A stretch of 64,000 nt of DNA from a virus. Both the position numbers and the translations under genes were made by a program. The DNA lies in the IMG/VR virus record IMGVR_UViG_3300032325_000464, positions 1 through 64,000 of that record. One strand, given 5' to 3'. Of the stretch, positions 60,753 through 64,000 are shown in pieces. Below the pieces are notes generated by a model. It had not been told where the DNA came from and searched no databases. It saw only the letters and a list, made by a program, of their open reading frames with translations. Numbering within the stretch: the stretch's first letter is position 1; every line of letters begins with the position of its first letter.

Positions 60753-61766
60753 ATGGCTCATGACCTAGAATCCGCAAACGGCCAGACTGCTTTTGCTTCA
60801 TTGCGACAGCCAGCTTGGCATGGTCTTGGAACTGTTTTCCAAGACGAGGTAGACACATCAGAAATGTTGTCTCTGGCTCACCTAAACGATTGGAACGTCC
60901 GTCTTGAAGATGTAGAGACTCCAGAGGGTTTCAACAGCGACAAGTCTTATTCATTCGTGACAAGAACTAACCCATTCGACAGAAACACTAACGACATTCT
61001 TGGTGTTGTTGGTGAACGCTATGTCCCTCTTCAGAATGAGGACTTATTTTCATTCGGAGACAACCTGCTAGACGGCGGAGGTCGTTGGGAAACTGCTGGC
61101 TCTATCAAGGGTGGGCGTGTTGTCTTTGGCTCTATCGCATTGGATAACTCAATTACCCTAGACCCAAATGGCATTGCTGATAAGATTGATAACTATCTTC
61201 TAATCAACACTAGCCACGACGGCTCTATTGCGATTCAGGCTTCTATCACACCTGTTCGTGTTGTTTGTGCCAACACTCTAAACCTTGCTCTATCTTCATT
61301 CAAGGGCAAGAAAGATGTCAAGCAAACTTTCAAGATTCGCCACACACAGACTGCCGAAGGTAAAATTGCGGTTGCTCGTGAGGCTCTTGGACTTGCTCAC
61401 AAATACATTGACGAGTTCTCAACTATGGCTAACGAAATGATTCAGACTGAAATTACTAAGGCTCAGTTTGATAAGATTGTTGAACTTGCCTACCCTGCCC
61501 CTGCTAAGGACGCCAAGGGTTCACAGAAAAAGTATGACAGCAAAATTGATTTGCTTCAGTCTATTTATGTTGGCGATTTCAATAACACCATTAGCGGAAC
61601 TGCTTGGGGTGCTTTCAATGCTCTAACCGAAAGACTAGACTGGTATCGCAATTCCCGAGGCGGAAAGAACGAAAGCATTCTTGCTTCTGCTTCTGGCTTT
61701 GACCCAATGATAAACGCTGAGAAGAATCGTTTGATGAAAGTTGTTCGCCAAGCCGTAATGGCATAA
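60753..61766 (+). CDS. DUF932 phage/plasmid-like protein
   Basis: AWHGLG, LGVVG.RY.PLQN, ETAGS..GG, SHDGS, TPVRVVCANTL, IRHT, GTAWGAFNA. Confidence 0.88.
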   Translation: MAHDLESANGQTAFASLRQPAWHGLGTVFQDEVDTSEMLSLAHLNDWNVRLEDVETPEGFNSDKSYSFVTRTNPFDRNTNDILGVVGERYVPLQNEDLFSFGDNLLDGGGRWETAGSIKGGRVVFGSIALDNSITLDPNGIADKIDNYLLINTSHDGSIAIQASITPVRVVCANTLNLALSSFKGKKDVKQTFKIRHTQTAEGKIAVAREALGLAHKYIDEFSTMANEMIQTEITKAQFDKIVELAYPAPAKDAKGSQKKYDSKIDLLQSIYVGDFNNTISGTAWGAFNALTERLDWYRNSRGGKNESILASASGFDPMINAEKNRLMKVVRQAVMA

Positions 61767-61929
61767 GCGACACGCAGACCTCCTGGCTTGACAGCTGGGA
61801 GGATCTGTGGCGCGGCCCCCTTATCACTAATAAGATATTAACTTATAAAAAACCTATTAAGAAGTCCTTGACTTTTTCCCCAAAACGTGAGAGAATATAT
61901 TTATCAAACCATTCAACCCTAGGAGATAA

Positions 61930-62436
61930 ATGCCTTATTTCAAAGTACAAAGAGAATATACTAACTGGGAACAGATTACAGTTGAAGCTGATTCAAAAGA
62001 GCATGCAGAAGAGCTTGCAGAAGATGATGAGATATGGGATAATGCCTATGATGTAAACTCATATAACTACACTGGAGATACATGGGTAGGAGAAGCAGAT
62101 GAGTAAAAAGCACACGCATTACTATACTTATGGAGCCTGCACATGGTGCGGTAAGAAAATAAATAAAGGATTGGGCGTAGACCTATACAAGGGAAAGAGA
62201 GTCTAATGCAGATTTATGCTGACAAGAAGCCTAGCGTAAAAGATACTACTTGGACCAGGATCTATCACTACAACACCGTCCAGGTTATGGAGTCCGATCG
62301 CTACTACGACTTTTATAAGTTAGTTATTGATGGCCAGAGACCTAAGTATTTCTTTGGTGAGGCAGCGTGGATGGATTGCCAGAGAGCAGCTGTTGACAAA
62401 GTAGGCCTTTCAGGCTATAATATATTTAGAAGATAA
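61930..62436 (+). CDS. Three small ORFs
   Basis: 61930-62106 (VEADSKEHA), 62099-62206 (H.H..CxxC), 62206-62436; TTGACT-N17-GAGAAT promoter. Confidence 0.6.
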
Positions 62437-62457
62437 CCCTAAAAGAAAGAACCCCAA

Positions 62458-62976
62458 ATGCACGTATTACAATACATAGCAGTACAATCAGATGACCAAG
62501 ACATGGCCTTTCGTACAGTCAAAGACACATTAGAATCAGAGCTGGGTGGTATTGAATCTACGACTAACTCTTGGTTTGATTGGTTTGTAGCAGGTGGTGG
62601 TAGATTTGTAGAGGGCGACCCATATAAAGAATCTACTAATAATATAATCTCATATGATGAAGACCCTAAGACGTTTCTCAAACAGGTTGAGGTTTCTATT
62701 GAATCTCGTATGGATGAGTTCAGGGCCTATCGCAAACAGTTTGAGGAAAAGAATGTTGACCTCAATGATAAGTTAGATAACTATAAAGGTATCATGAACT
62801 ATGATTTTGAGCTGTACCCTTTGAAAAAGATGATTGATATGATTCAGGGTACATGGGATTTCAATTCCTACTTCTATGACATGCACCACGCCAGTACTAA
62901 CCCTGAACACATGTATAAGTCTATTGACACAGGCAACAAGAACTGGTATGCTGTACCTGTAGACTTTCACTTCTAA
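62458..62976 (+). CDS. Phage protein (WFDWFV.GGR..VDFH motif)
   Basis: Motif recognition. Confidence 0.75.
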   Translation: MHVLQYIAVQSDDQDMAFRTVKDTLESELGGIESTTNSWFDWFVAGGGRFVEGDPYKESTNNIISYDEDPKTFLKQVEVSIESRMDEFRAYRKQFEEKNVDLNDKLDNYKGIMNYDFELYPLKKMIDMIQGTWDFNSYFYDMHHASTNPEHMYKSIDTGNKNWYAVPVDFHF

Positions 62977-62985
62977 GGAGACCAA

Positions 62986-63381
62986 ATGACTAACTATGTA
63001 TCACTAACTTGGAAAGAATGGCAAGAGCGCTTCAAGCCTATCAAGAATCATTTTGCTAAGAACGACCCAGACCTAGAGATGTTTGAGACTTATGGCGAAG
63101 AGGTAGATTTTGTTATCTCTAAAGCCGAGGAAAATAAAGTTTGGACTTGGGGAGATGGAGACTTTGCTAGCTACATTAGCAATGGCTATCACTATGTAAA
63201 TAGGATTGGCTATTATGTTTGTGAGGTTCCTTATGACGAGGATACCGAATACGAAATAATCATAAGTACCGAAGAAGAGTGTAAGTGCTATCTTGAAGAC
63301 GGCTATGACGACGGAGAGTATGGACGCTCAGACTGTGAAGAATGTGAGGGTAGTGGGTATGTCACAAGATACAATGATTAG
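62986..63381 (+). CDS. Phage protein (FETYG..GYHYVNRIGY) with C-terminal zinc ribbon
   Basis: AAGGAG RBS; CEECEGSG. Confidence 0.75.
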   Translation: MTNYVSLTWKEWQERFKPIKNHFAKNDPDLEMFETYGEEVDFVISKAEENKVWTWGDGDFASYISNGYHYVNRIGYYVCEVPYDEDTEYEIIISTEEECKCYLEDGYDDGEYGRSDCEECEGSGYVTRYND

Positions 63382-63712
63382 AAACAAGAACAAGGATAAG
63401 ACTGAGATTATCTATGACCTGAACATCTATCAGCTGGAGGACCTAGACGCCGATGGTGAGTATCGACACATGGGGCCATGGTACATTCATGTCTACGAAT
63501 ACGACGGTAGAACAACTGAGGAAGTTACAGCTCCTATAGAATTAACTGAAGATGAGTATAACAGTCTTATTAGGGATGATTCATACTATGATGAGCTAGA
63601 CGTCTGGTATGGCCTGCAAGGGTTTATCTTTGAAAAGTGGGATGTGCTCAGCGATCGTCTTAAGTATGCATTCGAATGCCTGCCCAAGTACAAGGAAGAT
63701 GTTTTGTTCTAA
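63374..63712 (+). CDS. Acidic hypothetical protein
   Basis: Overlapping start MIRNK. Confidence 0.6.
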   Translation: MIRNKNKDKTEIIYDLNIYQLEDLDADGEYRHMGPWYIHVYEYDGRTTEEVTAPIELTEDEYNSLIRDDSYYDELDVWYGLQGFIFEKWDVLSDRLKYAFECLPKYKEDVLF

Positions 63713-63769
63713 CCCTTGTGTTATCCCCCCATTTTTGATACAATAGAAGATTGTAAGTGAGTAGGAGTT

Positions 63770-63964
63770 ATGCCTAGAAAAGAATCAGTAGAGCAGAAAA
63801 TAGTAGCAAAAGTGTCCAACCTGATAAATGATTTGACCGTGGACTTAGAGCAGACAGGTATTTACTTTGGAAGAACAAATGGAACGACCTATCGTAGACT
63901 AATGACTATTGCCGAATCAGCAAAGTATGAGAGAGAAGAAGAAAAAGATGACTACACCTATTGA
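63770..63964 (+). CDS. Hypothetical protein
   Basis: AGGAG RBS; TGATACAAT promoter. Confidence 0.65.
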   Translation: MPRKESVEQKIVAKVSNLINDLTVDLEQTGIYFGRTNGTTYRRLMTIAESAKYEREEEKDDYTY

Positions 63965-64000
63965 GAATAAAACAGCAATCCTTGCGGACTTGTTTCTGAA

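Larger units (their letters stand above)
54305..61815 (+). repeat. Nine co-oriented intergenic GCGCGG(C/G)C motifs
   Basis: GCGCGG at 54305, 54893, 55607, 56430, 57320, 58401, 59380, 60617, 61810. Confidence 0.9.

Noticed and set aside
54290-61860. CRISPR array or integron cassette array
   Set aside because: Repeats are short motifs separated by 0.6-1.2 kb of genes with their own promoters; no cas or integrase gene and no attC-type ends were seen.

Overview
This 64 kb is part of a large, AT-rich tailed (siphovirus-like) phage genome. An actinobacterial host is inferred from leaderless extended -10 promoters, PafBC/WhiA/MtrA-like motifs and the holin type. From left to right: (1) a minus-strand replication module (DnaE, SSB-like protein, primase, DnaB helicase; 1-5.9 kb); (2) a minus-strand morphogenesis region (tail tip, 2834-aa tape measure, tail chaperones, major tail, neck, capsid, protease/scaffold, portal, many fibre/decoration proteins, two 2OG-Fe(II) oxygenases; 5.9-52.3 kb), interrupted by a plus-strand NlpC/P60 gene; (3) an oriC-like DnaA-box cluster next to a small anti-Shine-Dalgarno hairpin RNA (51.8 kb); (4) a divergent early region of tiny genes (53.6-64 kb). 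The most striking signal is the early region's modular grammar. Nine co-oriented GCGCGG(C/G)C sites, usually capping a GC hairpin, have nearly monotonically increasing spacing and are flanked by boxes resembling DnaA, MtrA/WalR-type and WhiA sites. Fourteen promoters of the form TGTCNN-N10-TANNNT (13 exact, one GATAAT variant) match the actinobacterial PafBC DNA-damage (-26 element) promoter. No terminase, tRNA, CRISPR or integrase was seen. Protein family calls come from motif recognition by eye, not database searches.
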